In this document: one piece after another, positions 35,231 to 47,241 of the stretch | Numbering within the stretch: the stretch's first letter is position 1 | How the letters are laid out: each line of letters begins with the position of its first letter | Origin: Psammoneis japonica | Taxonomy: Eukaryota | Direction: 5' to 3' | NCBI GenBank assembly: GCA_008632985.1 | Contig: QPGO01000047.1 | Coordinates: 124,001-188,000, forward strand | Length of the DNA stretch: 64,000 bases | Made by a program: the position numbers and the translations under genes | The notes under the pieces: generated by a model | Told to the model about the DNA's origin: nothing | Database searches by the model: none | What the model saw: the letters and a program-made list of their open reading frames with translations, nothing else

Positions 35231-36666
35231 TCATTCTTGCACACTCTTCCACTGATTTTTCATCCTTGTGGCATTCGTGGAAGTGGTTGCAGTCGCTGCA
35301 ACTTTTGTCATCATCAAACACACAAATTGGCGCCTGCCCCCCCCCCCCACACAATGCAGATCAACCAGAAATGCAGATCAACCAGATTGGATGGTGCTGG
35401 AAACTTGTTTTTGGCAGGGCCAGCATCTGAACTCTCAAGCTTGTCACTGGTGCTGTCATGCCTTGGAACCTGTCAGGCTGGACCCTCTCCTCTCTAACAC
35501 CATGCCTCTCATTTCCATGGCACTTGTTTTCCAGATGCTTTGTTTCTCAGAAAGAGCATCAAGGCTGCAGTGCAGAGGTGCACAACAGGGGGCAGACTTT
35601 GTGACCCTGTGTTTGGGGCAGCTCCCAATTTGCCTGCATCTTGCCGTGTCATTTTGGAGCAGGTGGAGATTGTGTCAGCCGGCCCCTGCACCAAATTCCT
35701 GATTTTTGTTCCTGTGTGTTTTGTCATCCAGCCCACAAGTGGCTGAAGCTGGCAACTCAAGCAGAGGTGCCAAGTTTGCCCCCTCTTGCTTGCGTGCATT
35801 TGTTTCATCCTAAACATGCACCAGGCAGGTGCCCCAACCTCCATGCTGTGGAGCCAAGCTGGTGCTGCGTGGTTGTTCGTGCCTCCCAACAGACAACTGG
35901 CTGGCACCCTTTGGTTTTTCTGCAACTCAGCTTTGACTGTTGAGAGGAGTGCTGCTGCCCCTGCTGTTTTTGCTTCCTTCTGTGTGTCCTCCAGCTGCTG
36001 CCTGGCCAAGTTTTTTGACATCCCTGTGGCACAACCTGCAGACTGAAGCACCGCCCACCCCGACTCGGAGAGTGCTGCATTTTGCGCGCACTTTTGAGTT
36101 TGTGAGAGGGCATCAGCCAATGCAAGCATGTCTCAGCCTGTGTTTGAGTTTGTGCTGGCACACCTTGTGCTGCATTTTCCTTCCAAAATTTCAGCATGTT
36201 TTGGCGTTTGAACAAACGCCGCCTGTGTGTGATGGTCAACACGGTGCACCACAATGCTGCTGGCACACTGCTGAAAAAGTTGCTCTGGTTGTTCTTGCTG
36301 GACCCTTGCAAGTGCAGCACGATGCCAGGCACAAAATAATGACAGATGCTGCGTGACACGAAAACAAAGAGAAGCCAGCTTTGCACAAAAAAGTCACACA
36401 CAACAAAATTGATGTGTGTCGTGAAAGCATGATGTGGCAACAAGTGATCTAAATATCCGGGTTTCTTCCCGATAGATTTATGAGAACCCCATTCGGCATG
36501 GCTGATGTGTGAGTTCGCGCGAAGAAAAGTTTAGCATACTTTCTCACAAAGTCCGTTTATTATCATGCTCATTATGAATATCTTTATAAAACGGGTTCGG
36601 ATTCACATTTTGAGAGCTCTGTCAGCAAAAATCCACATCAAAAGTGGGAGACAATGAACTTCACCC

Positions 36667-38220
36667 ATGACGCCGAATGCGACTGATCCATGTATCACAA
36701 AGAACCCACCGACCGGCGCAGAGGCAGCTGAAGACGCTGATAAAGACCAGGCGGCATCTCGCGACGAAGACAGCAGTCAAAGCCTCAAAGCGAGAGCTGA
36801 AATGCCAAGTTCACGAATAGAGAAGCCTCCAGATCTTGTCAAGGAAGCGAGTTCGAAGCATCCTCATTCTAGTGATTCGACATTGAAAGATTCTGCTGAT
36901 AATCCTTCACGTTGCTTTGGCAAGCCCTCCAGACCAGAGAAGAAACCGGATAGCACTGAGAAGAAGGTCTCCACCAAGCCGCCTTTTCTGCAGACCAAAG
37001 CTGACAGAAGAGATCCACTAAAAGCTGCGGAACAGAAAGATCCACCTAAAACTGAACGAAAAGAAGATCCCCCAAAAGCAAAGGAAGAGAAGGGTGCGCC
37101 TAAACCCTCAAACAAACAGTCACCAGCTCCACCTTCCATTCCTCACGTCACACCGCTTGTACAATCGCTTCCAGATCCTCCTCCGCTTTCTCCACAGCAC
37201 GATAAACCCCCCGTAGCCCCAGGGAAGAAGAAAAGAATTCCGCACGTCTACCATGATTACGCTTCTGTTCCTGACTCTGTTGGGTTTGTCCGAAAAAAGA
37301 CGGGTGGCGTTACTACGGCTTTTCCTGAAAAGTTGCATGACATGCTAAGTGGACAAACTGACTCGACCATTGTTGGGTGGTTACCACACGGGAGAGCCTT
37401 TATCGTTCGAAAGCCGAAGGTCTTTACGACAGAAGTCATGCCTAAATTCTTTCGTCAAACAAAGCTCACGTCGTTCCAACGACAATTGAATCTATATGGT
37501 GGGTTTTTAACGTTGTTATTCCGACGATGTGACTCTTGTAACTGCTCCTCACTGTCTCTTTACCCTTACGTCACTCACCCACTCTCCTAATTCCTTTCAG
37601 GCTTTAGGAGAATCACACAAGGTCCTGATGCCGGTGCATACTATCATGAAAAGTTTCTAAGGGGGCGTCCTCAGTTGACCATGCGAATGGTTCGACAAAA
37701 GGTCAAAGGAACAGGTCACAAGCAGCCAGCCGACTCAGAGACGGAGCCTAACTTTTATGCCATGCCTCATTTATCAGACGACTCATCCACAGCTCCTTGG
37801 ATGGGATCGAGCTCAGATGGATCTGCTGTATCTCCCTCTCAGCAGCCAAATAGTCCTGGCCTGCAAGGATTGCATGGTGCAGCTAATCTTCTCAAGGGTA
37901 TTGCCGCTGGGATTCCACCGGGGTGGACACTGGCACCGACAGTGGCAAGCACGAACACATCCAACGAATCCTCCGCCACTACCACGACAGCTTCACTGTA
38001 CTCGTCTACGCATACATGGGATACAAGGCCTCGTAGTTCCGCTGCACCCCACAGTGGGACCAAGAATAATGCTGCTGCGTTCAAACCGGCGCAGTTTTTC
38101 GGAGAAGCTACTGCAAAGGATTCGACAGCAGCCAAGTCGACGACAAAGACGGATGACTCTTCAGCCATGCCGTCAACGTGGGATTCTCATAAAGGGAGCT
38201 TGAAGGAAGAGAAGGCATAA
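36667..38220 (+). CDS. Heat shock factor (HSF)-type transcription factor, 2 exons
   Basis: GGVTTAFPEKLHDML, WLPHGRAF, KLTSFQRQLNLYG. Intron 37499-37600 continues FRRITQGPDAGAYYHEKFLRG. Confidence 0.93.
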
Positions 38221-38435
38221 GATAATACTATAGGGGGAGTGTTTGGATGCTCGACAATGTTTGTTATAAAATAACTTAGAACTAAAACAATAGCGAGACC
38301 ATCAGAGACGCCCATGAAAAGCGATAATCCAAGACAGACTGCTATCGTCGACCAACGAATGACTGCGTCTACCATGCAGGGAATAATATAACGGTAGATC
38401 GGAACCAGTCACCATGATGTTCAACTACCTCCACC

Positions 38436-40959
38436 TCAAAAGCTCTCCGATCTCTTCAGCCGAAGCTTGTCGCGAATGCCACCAAGAGTCCAACCATTGC
38501 AGGCGGGCCCCAACATGAGCTGTCCATCTAGAGAGCTAGCTTCAGAAACAGTATCCGAGCAATCATCAGACTTGATAAATGCGCTTCTGTCCTTGAGATC
38601 GCCAAGCATGGGAGCGTCTGAGGCTCTGGACGAATAAGATTTCATTGACGCTTCTTCACTGGCACAGCTCTGAACACTAGACTGCAAGAGCGTTCCATAC
38701 ACGTGAAGTTTGAGTTCGGTAGGAGCCATTTCCTTCGACATGATCTTGTCGTGGCCCAACCAAGGGTTTTTTTTCACACTAGGACTGGCGCCCACGGATT
38801 TGGACGTTTGCATCGGGTAAACCTTGCTCAGGTTGGGACTGCTACGATTACGCTCCAATCGCTGTGTCTGCGGAACGACCTCAGTTGGAGACAGCAAGCC
38901 AGCTTGGTGCATATCAAGTGAAACATCCTGAAGAAAAAGAAAGCGTGTGCAACCATGAGCAAAGAAACGAGCTGGCAAGTCAGTGTACAAGTATCAGCTG
39001 AGAGTACTCACCTTGGCTTCTTCATCTTGGTCATCAGCACCGTCTGCTTCCATCGACTCTGGTTCTTCATTAATAGCGACGGTCGCAAGGTTGACGCCTT
39101 CAAATCCTCCCAAGATTTGCTCCATGCCAACGTCGCCGTTACCCGTTTCGGACATGCCATCAAAATTCTCTGACATCCTACTTGCGCCATCAGTTGTGTT
39201 TCCGTCCTGTACAAAAGGAAAAAGACGGAATTGAGGATTTGAACTGCTTGGGAACACTGGCCGTATCATAGAGCGACAATCAACATACCTCCAAGTCGTA
39301 CAAATAAGACACGCTGTCCGCCATGCTCATTGGCGGCTCATTGGGAGATCCTGCTTCATCCCCATCAACAGATTCCTCCACTACCGACTCCTCACGTCTG
39401 CGTCGTTGCCGACGCACAAGGAAGAATGCGAGAATGCACAGCAACGCGAAAAACGTAATCAGCGGCCCAATCAAAATCCGTTTATCAAAGCCTTTAGAGG
39501 AGCCATTCGTGTGCTTCTCCCCAGTAGCACCCGAAACATTGGAACCTTGCGATGGACTCGGAGTCGGTGCAGTTGATGGCGCTTTCGTTGGGGAGTCCGT
39601 TGGAGCGCGAGTGGGAACACTTGAGGGGACCGAACTAGGTTGGCTGCTTGGAACAGAGGAGGGTACGGCCGAGGGTGCAAATGAAGGCGAAGACGAAGTC
39701 GTGGGAGAAATGGAAGCCGACGGAGCAGACGACGGCCGCGAAGAAGATGGCTGAAAGGAAGGCGTAAGAGAGGGACCTGGAGTGATCGACGGAGCAGCAG
39801 TGGGCGACAATGAAGGTGCTAGCGAAGGACCAGGACTTGTAGTTGGTTCGCGGATCACCACTTCATTCCCGTCCAGCTCTTGACAAGTAGTGCTTCCAAT
39901 GACATTTGAGAATATCCCGCATTCCAAACACGGTTTTTCGTCGCTGATCTGCCTTCCCTCGGTAGGTTCGTAGTATCCAGCAGGGCAGGCAATAACATCA
40001 CAGCCAAACGTGTTCGGTGAAATATCATTCAGCTCGGTTTCAACGCACATTCCCGCAGGGATCTCTCCGGTCAGACCGAGGTCACGGATACGAAAGTGAG
40101 TCAACTGCATCTCTCCAAAACAACTTGGAAGCTCACCCACAATCTGGACATTGTCCGAAATATCGAGAGCATCCAAGTCTTGAATGGAACAGAGAAGTGA
40201 CGGCACAGTGCCGGTCATATTGTTACTATGCAGGTGAAGGCGTCTCAAAGTCGGAAACATGCCGGGTTCAGCAGGGAGCTCTCCGGTAAGCTTGTTGCGA
40301 CCAAGATTCAACTGGCGAAGCTCCGCCAAAAACAACAGGCTTGATGGCAACGGCCCCTCGAGATCGTTCTTGAGGGCCTTGAAGCGACGAAGACGAGTAA
40401 ACTCGCCCATACTCGAAGGAAGAATACCCGACAAGGCCATTTCATCAAGGTCCAGAAAGATTACATAACCTTCGCTATCGCATGTGACCCCCTCAAAGTC
40501 GCAGTACGTCGTGCCTGGAGAAAACCAATTGTCCAAACGAGAGTCCTCGACTCCGACAGAATCTGCAAACTTCTGCAAAGCGTCCGTTTGAAGCACGGCA
40601 ACGGGTGCGGCAGTTCGAGTCGGTGACGACGATGGACTTAGTGACGGAGATAGTGAAGGTACCATTGATGGTTCGGCTGATGGTGACAACGAAGGGGCAG
40701 CAGTTGCCGAAGGAGAACCCGAAGGTACGGTGGATGGTGAGAGAGAGGGAGCAAACGACGGCTGAGACGTGGCCACGCTAGGCGCAGCCGACTCAAGACG
40801 CCGCGATTCCATCAGTTGATTTACATCAAAGGAACCAATTTGATCGGTAACACTGTTAAAGGCCTTTGCAGTAGCACCGTCCCCAAGAGAACGACCTTCC
40901 GCAGAGAGTGCCGCGACGCCAACCGCCGCGACAGGCAAGAAACTCAGATTAAAGCGCAT
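38436..40959 (-). CDS. LRR receptor-like type I membrane protein with Pro/Ser/Thr stalks and no kinase domain, 3 exons
   Basis: Signal peptide, PS.SPS repeats, C.FEGVTC cap, L.G.LP LRRs, TM then RRQRRRR. Introns 39288-39207 and 39011-38928. Confidence 0.85.
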
Positions 40960-41389
40960 ATTTTTTCTGTGTGAAGGGATTGTGAGAGAACTTTTTTGTG
41001 AGAAGAAATGTGTAGCAGTGACCAAAAGTGCTTCGAAATCGTGGCCGTGATGGTAGTCGACCGTCACAGCGGAAACTCCGGCAAGATACATGTGTAACAT
41101 GGTTTTTTGAAGAAAATTGACAGAACTCCAACCACGACTCACCGTAGAGCGTGTGATACCATACTGCGGTGCATGTATTTAAGACCAAGAACGTTACATT
41201 CGGAGATCGCTGGACTTGAGTCAACGTTTCAAAAATGCACCTGTCCACATATGTGACGAGACAAGTTATGACCTGCGACCAGGAACCGAAAGTATCGGTA
41301 CATACGACCGCGCGTCAAATCGTGACGGTATGTTTCCTTGAATGATATGCATCCACTGAATTGAAAAAGGACGTTTGTATTCTTCTCAC

Positions 41390-43273
41390 TCAACTCCAAC
41401 GTCCACGCTTGGTAGGCGGAGACTGTTCGGAAGTTGCTGGTCCATAGTAATTACTACCGTGGAGACCCCCGTTTGTCTCCGACGACGACTCGAACGAAGC
41501 ATCTCGACTGGAAAAGCCGAGTCCCGCTTGGTTATGCCGGTTGCGCGACGCAACATTACCCGATCGACGACTCTTGTCCGCAAGTGCTTGAAGCTGTGGG
41601 TCAATTTGACGTCCTTCCCGTTCAAAGGCATTCACCAATACGTGAGCAAAATCGGCATGTTTGGGAGTCACCAAGAGAGTGTAGGCCGTCCCCTGTCGGT
41701 GCTCCGTCTTGGACAGCCGACCAGCACGACCAATCCGGTGCACATGTGCATCGAGATTCTTGGCAATGTCAAAGTTGACTACCGTTGAGATCTGTGCCAC
41801 GTCAAGGCCACGAGCCGCGAGATCGGTAGCAATTAAGACGGAAACCTCACCCTTACTGAATGCTCGCAGAGCCTTGTTTCGATCCGTCTGGTGTTTGTCT
41901 CCATGAAGTGTTTCCATGGTAACATTTGGATTCGTTTCACGCAATTCGGCTACAAGTGTTTCACAATCGGCTCGGGTCGCTACAAACACCAGGGTCCGTC
42001 CGACACTGGCCAAGGTGGGAATCATTTCCATGATCCACTTCTTCTTGGCCTCGTACGAAGGCAGGACCATTACGTGTTGGGTGACATGACGAGACGATTC
42101 GCCGGTCCGTCCAATGGCGATTCGTACGGGATGGGGCAAGAGCCACTTTTGTGCGACACGTTCCACTTTGCGTCCCATTGTGGCACTCAAGAGAAGCGAT
42201 TGGCGATTGGGACGGATGTTTTTCAAGATTTGCGACACTTGAGATTCAAAGCCCATGTCTAGCAATTTGTCGGCTTCATCCAAGACGACAAACGTGACTC
42301 GTTTCAAGCTCACGCCATTCTTCTTGACACTGAGTACATCCAAGAAACGTCCGGGTGTGGCGACGATAACTTCGCAACCACCGCTCTTGTGCAAGTCTTG
42401 TACCAATTGATAACGGGATGTTCCTCCCGTTACGGCCACACAGGTCCCACCCAAGGGCGACAGCATGGATTTGGCGTGCTTGTGTACTTGAAGAGCCAAT
42501 TCTCGTGTCGGTACCAAGACGATTCCAATGGGGCCCGACTCATCTTGGGTCAAGTGCGGTTGATCGCAACAGTGCACCACCATGGGCCATACATAGGCTA
42601 GTGTCTTTCCACTGCCGGTAGCGGCAGTCACAATGGCGTCCTTTCCAGTAAGTGCAATTGGAAGTGTCTGGGACTGTACAAGAGTTGGCTTTGTAAAATT
42701 TCGATTGTACACGTGTTGCAACAGGGCGTCTCCAAACACGTCTTTTAATTCATGCAGAGACAAAATAGGATCGATCGCTTCTGTACAAGACACGTCATGT
42801 TGTCTTCGCCAATCTCGCCCTTGTTTTGTATCAGTCGTAGTCCAAAAGCATTTCTCAAAGTCATTGTAATGAATCGAGTCGTGTTGCACCTGCTCCAACG
42901 TCAGTGTGACTTGCTTATTGGATTTCTTTTCCTCGTCCTCGTCATCTTCATTTCTTTGTTTTCCGGCCTTGTGAAACATAGACGCCATTTCTTGCTTGAT
43001 AATCGAGTCACGATCCACGTCATGCTCTTGCTCTACTATAGATTTTTTCTTTGTTGTCTCTTGCCAATGGCTTGTAGCTTCCTCCTCACCCGCAACATCT
43101 AATCGTTCCGCTCGCTTCTTCTGTGTGGTGGTGGCCTGAGGAGCGGATTCTTCCAAGCTTTTCATGTATGCATCCAACGGATCTTCTTCTTCTTCCGTAT
43201 TTTGTTGTGGTACGCTGTTTTGTTGTGGTGTAGGCTCGTCATGTTCGCTATCGCTTTCGTCAAACCAGCCCAT
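41390..43273 (-). CDS. DEAD-box RNA helicase, DDX42-like
   Basis: EEDPLDAYM N-terminus, ATGSGKT, PTRELA, TPGR, DEAD, SAT, ARGLD, HRIGRAGR. Confidence 0.92.
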   Translation of the reverse strand: MGWFDESDSEHDEPTPQQNSVPQQNTEEEEDPLDAYMKSLEESAPQATTTQKKRAERLDVAGEEEATSHWQETTKKKSIVEQEHDVDRDSIIKQEMASMFHKAGKQRNEDDEDEEKKSNKQVTLTLEQVQHDSIHYNDFEKCFWTTTDTKQGRDWRRQHDVSCTEAIDPILSLHELKDVFGDALLQHVYNRNFTKPTLVQSQTLPIALTGKDAIVTAATGSGKTLAYVWPMVVHCCDQPHLTQDESGPIGIVLVPTRELALQVHKHAKSMLSPLGGTCVAVTGGTSRYQLVQDLHKSGGCEVIVATPGRFLDVLSVKKNGVSLKRVTFVVLDEADKLLDMGFESQVSQILKNIRPNRQSLLLSATMGRKVERVAQKWLLPHPVRIAIGRTGESSRHVTQHVMVLPSYEAKKKWIMEMIPTLASVGRTLVFVATRADCETLVAELRETNPNVTMETLHGDKHQTDRNKALRAFSKGEVSVLIATDLAARGLDVAQISTVVNFDIAKNLDAHVHRIGRAGRLSKTEHRQGTAYTLLVTPKHADFAHVLVNAFEREGRQIDPQLQALADKSRRSGNVASRNRHNQAGLGFSSRDASFESSSETNGGLHGSNYYGPATSEQSPPTKRGRWS

Positions 43274-43621
43274 GGTCGGTAGTTAGTGTCGATGATTGAC
43301 AGTGACAGCAGTGTTGGCATCAGTGTGCGGTGAACAACATGGATAACGCATCATGTCAGTTAGTCGAATGGTTCATACTAATGGTCTGTACGTCGGTTTT
43401 GTTGGCGGTTCCAGTCTTGCTGTACGCCGGTTATTCCGCGGATGTTCAGTCGTGCCGTACCTACCGTAAAGTACCGTACAGCCTTCTCACTTCGACGACT
43501 GCGTAGGGCCTACCGGGCCGGCCGCCAGCCGCCGCAGTTCACTTGCTTCACAATCGCTTTTCGGAAGCTCATTAATCTCTCAGCCTCCTTTGAACGACAC
43601 AACCAACCCGAATTCGTTCCA

Positions 43622-44581
43622 ATGAAGATCATCCTTCTTTTGTTGCTGCGTTCGGCCTCGAAGCTGGCAAAAGGTCAGGTTGATGAGTCCGACGTTGCTG
43701 CCACTGTTCAAAGTGTTCCGGAACCAGCACCAGCACCTGCACCAGCACCCTCCTTGTCTCCACAACGAGATCTACAGGTGGTGACATTCCCAGGAGGCGG
43801 TTGCACCTCTAGCGCTTGTTGCTTGAATGGAATTTGTCATGCCCGACCACCATCACCACCGCCTTCGGGCGGATCTTCTCCCGTTTCTTCGCCGGTGTCG
43901 TTTCCAACTACTCCCCAGCCGACCGGTTGCGACTTGGAACGGGCTCCAATGTTTGAGGCGAAGATGGGGAGGCTCGATGCCTATTGCCCACCCGCATTTT
44001 ACTACGTTACTGGACTTGGTGCAGGGTATCCTGTGGTTGCGCATTTTGCTGGTACCAACGTCAACGAGAGCATTCTTGTACCTTCAGAATCATCCAAACA
44101 ACGACTATTTCCCATTTCCTTGCAAGTGAACCGAGAAGGTGAATTTTTCAAGTCATCTACAACTGGCAGCCTGGAGTTTGTGGCGGAAGAAGATGTTCTG
44201 TACGAATTCGTCCTATCCGACCCCAACGGACAATTTCCATTCTATGGCTTTCAACTCTATCCAAGTACGTCGGAATCGTATTGTGCATACGTATGCAAAT
44301 ATTTCTTAGACGAGTATAATGATGATCAATGTCGATGCATCTTGAAAGACGATGGATCATACCTCCCCAGTCCGAGTCGGTTTCTTGCATGCCATCCGGG
44401 ATGTGTACAGAAAGAGATACCGGCCAGAATGCCAACGATCACAGACTTATCGCCTGTGGATTCCAAACCACTGAACAATGATGTTCCATCTCACAGCCCA
44501 CCGAGTAGGAATAGCTCATCCGCACTGGTGTGGATTCCGGTTCTGGGTTCCTGGATTTATTTCTTGGCGCTTCATTTCTAG
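43622..44581 (+). CDS. Hypothetical secreted Pro/Cys-rich protein, possible C-terminal anchor
   Basis: MKIILLLLL start, PAPAP tract, paired Cys, hydrophobic C-terminus. Confidence 0.55.
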   Translation: MKIILLLLLRSASKLAKGQVDESDVAATVQSVPEPAPAPAPAPSLSPQRDLQVVTFPGGGCTSSACCLNGICHARPPSPPPSGGSSPVSSPVSFPTTPQPTGCDLERAPMFEAKMGRLDAYCPPAFYYVTGLGAGYPVVAHFAGTNVNESILVPSESSKQRLFPISLQVNREGEFFKSSTTGSLEFVAEEDVLYEFVLSDPNGQFPFYGFQLYPSTSESYCAYVCKYFLDEYNDDQCRCILKDDGSYLPSPSRFLACHPGCVQKEIPARMPTITDLSPVDSKPLNNDVPSHSPPSRNSSSALVWIPVLGSWIYFLALHF

Positions 44582-45263
44582 CTACTAGTTATGAGACAAG
44601 CGTACGATGCCTTATGCGTGGCTGCTCCTTTTAAAAACTTATTAGCCCTGAAATCAATCAATCAACTCCTTGTTGACTTCTCCTCATTATTAGACTTTCT
44701 CTCGCTGCATGTCTATCATCACTATCCGGTACGTTCATGAATAGATTCGCATGCAGACATTTACGTTGGTTAGGTCAAAATTAGCAATCATTCAACAGAT
44801 AGGAAGCAAAAGTCACTTTTTCGTGTCTCGTCCTTTATTATAGGGCTACTCTCTAGCATTGCGACAACCGCTACAGCGTACCTTTTCATGGTGAACAACG
44901 GTCGTCGTTGTACAATTCGTCAGATGACTGACTCGCCATGACACAAAGATTCAAAAGAAAAAAAAGATGCTTATATCGAATATATCTAAAACATTGATGT
45001 GTGATGGCTGAAAAGCTTTGTTTCTATAAATTTGTTTTACTTGCCACTTGTATCGCGTTTACCCTGTCTACATGTAAATGAGCACTTTTTTGCGCTTGCG
45101 AGACGAGTTCTTTTTCGTAAGGTCGCGAAGGGACAGCGACCCAGTCTTTTGAGTCTTCTCCGAATTGGTCGACGAGATGGAAGCAGGGACGTCGACGGGA
45201 GGTCGCGGTACACCCCGTAGGTGAATTTCGCATCGTTCATCGTCCAGAATGTTTTGATAGTAA

Positions 45264-46055
45264 TTGCCTTTGAGTCTCGAATTGTTTGGCTTGCTGTGCC
45301 ATGACACAGAAGGGCTCGTTGATCTTGCGGGTCGCGTTGCCACAGAAAAGTACATGGCAGGCTCGACAGACATGGGCACCGTTTCGAGCGCACGTCATGG
45401 GGACCTTATCACCACTGATTTCAAAGCTTTCTTTGCAGACGTCTCAGGATGGAAAATACAGCATGTCTTATACCGTGGCGAGGTGGGGAAGCACTGGGAG
45501 GCCCTGCTTTCAAGCCTGTGCGAATGACCTGGGTCAAACCTTTTTGCTTGGGTCCTGTACCGATCAGGCTACGGCTGGAAGCAGAATCAAAACAGAATTC
45601 TCAAGATCAAACTTCGACACGACATTCTCGGCGAGCTTCTTGCGCAGTGTGCATGTGGTAGAGGCCACGGTGGAACCAAGGGCCGCGTACAATGGGATCC
45701 AGAACGAGATATCTATAGCAGTGATAATGGGAAAGAACCTCGAAAGATGCTTCGGACAAGAGCGATTCAAATCGGGTTCTCGAAAGAACTCTCTCAAATC
45801 TACGTCGACAATATTTTGAATATCAAAGACGTGACTGAGCTCGCAAACAAGGTTGGCAAAGCCCACGCTGTTTTGGCCAAAAATCCCAAACTGGATATCA
45901 TGTCCTCCATTGAGCTCCCTGAAGAAAGGCTCTACATGCCTCACGTGAGTGACCAAGTATTGGAACAGCTTGCCCTCTTGCCTGGCAAGGTCGCTGAGGA
46001 AACGGCTCGACTTGGTTTGGGCAAAGCATCGCTTGTCAGCCAAGCGACACAATAA
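45264..46055 (+). pseudogene. DUF4291-family gene, frameshifted
   Basis: GGPAFKPVRMTWVKP in one frame, then FAWVLYRSGYGWK...RVQWDPERD...RAIQIG...IL.I.DVT in another. Shift lies in the T-run at 45541. Confidence 0.7.
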
Positions 46056-46192
46056 CAATAGAGTCGGAATGCAAACAGTTTTGTACAATATCAATGCCCC
46101 GGCTCGTAGTCGACGTGATTGGACGAGACACAAGAACAATATTTGGGTGCCATGTTGTGATTGCTAGTTTCGCATACGATAAAGGAATCGCA

Positions 46193-46906
46193 TCACTTCT
46201 TTTTCTTCGCAATAACGTACATGGAGTTCATTCCCATTTCCTCTTCCATGTGTTGACGAGAATGGATGACATCCAGCTCAGCTTTTGTAATCCATTCGAT
46301 GACTTGCGATTCCGAGTGCAAAAGGGCCTTGAACCCCGGCGAGTGATCACCATAGTCAATTGGACCGTCCCCTTCCCAAACACCTAGATACAAACAACCG
46401 CCCGGACACAGCATTCGAGCCCATTCCGAAATGACACTGTCGCATTGTTCCGGACTAGCGTGGTGCAATGCAAATGTGTTGATGATTGCAGCGCATGTCC
46501 CATTCGGTTCCGAGCTCGTATCGAGCATGTCTCCCAAGGAGAGTGTCGCCTTGTCTTTTAGACGCAAACCTGCCTGTTTCAACATTTCGGGAGAAATGTC
46601 AATGCCTCGGAGATTCCAATTCTTGTCGGTGCCTTTTTCATTATGAATCCACTCTAGCATATGACCACTTCCAACGCAGGTATCTACAATGTGGCCCTTG
46701 GTTGGAAGATTCTTGAGCAACACGGTCAAATCGGGCGCAATCTTTTTCATTTCATCATTCATCATTTCGGAATAGTACTCGGCACCGCTCCCGTAGAACT
46801 CTACTAGCTTTTCGCCCTGTGTGACAACTCCGTTGTTGTTGTTGGACGCCATTGCTATACTGTTCAATGCAGCAAACGTCTGGATAGTAGTGGCCAACGC
46901 ATTCAT
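46193..46906 (-). CDS. Class I SAM-dependent methyltransferase
   Basis: IVDTCVGSG motif I, GIDISPEML, GDM, FALHH, RML.PGG. Confidence 0.85.
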   Translation of the reverse strand: MNALATTIQTFAALNSIAMASNNNNGVVTQGEKLVEFYGSGAEYYSEMMNDEMKKIAPDLTVLLKNLPTKGHIVDTCVGSGHMLEWIHNEKGTDKNWNLRGIDISPEMLKQAGLRLKDKATLSLGDMLDTSSEPNGTCAAIINTFALHHASPEQCDSVISEWARMLCPGGCLYLGVWEGDGPIDYGDHSPGFKALLHSESQVIEWITKAELDVIHSRQHMEEEMGMNSMYVIAKKKK

Positions 46907-47241
46907 GCAGCAATAAATAAGCGCTATCTAGCTGTTGTGATGTGTGGGGATTTTTGGATCTTTTCGACTTTTTGTAGTAAGGCATGAATATTCAAATGAT
47001 AAATAACGTCTAACGCCCGAAATAACGGTAGTTTGGTTGAAAATTTCGAAAAAAATAGCTGTGCCACATCGCCAATCGCCAAAAGGAAAACAAGCGATCA
47101 ATTATTCACATCAGCCCGCTCACGGAAGTGCCGTCCAAATGCCAAATGTTATCAGTCAATGATAATGACTAGGGCTACCGTACTCACTAGGCCCCTCGTT
47201 GAATCCTCCCACCCCTTCATACCTCTAATCTAAAAAAAGCC

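Larger units (their letters stand above)
32520..36449. other. TpA-depleted and CpG-poor repeat/relic block 3, probably transposon-derived
   Basis: 8 TA in about 3.9 kb by manual count, all TTA/TAA. Sharp edges and internal repeats. Confidence 0.9.

Noticed and set aside
32520..36449. Classical RIP or simple CpG methylation decay as the cause of the block composition
   Set aside because: RIP enriches TpA and CpG decay does not remove it. Blocks 2 and 4 lose TpA while keeping CpG.
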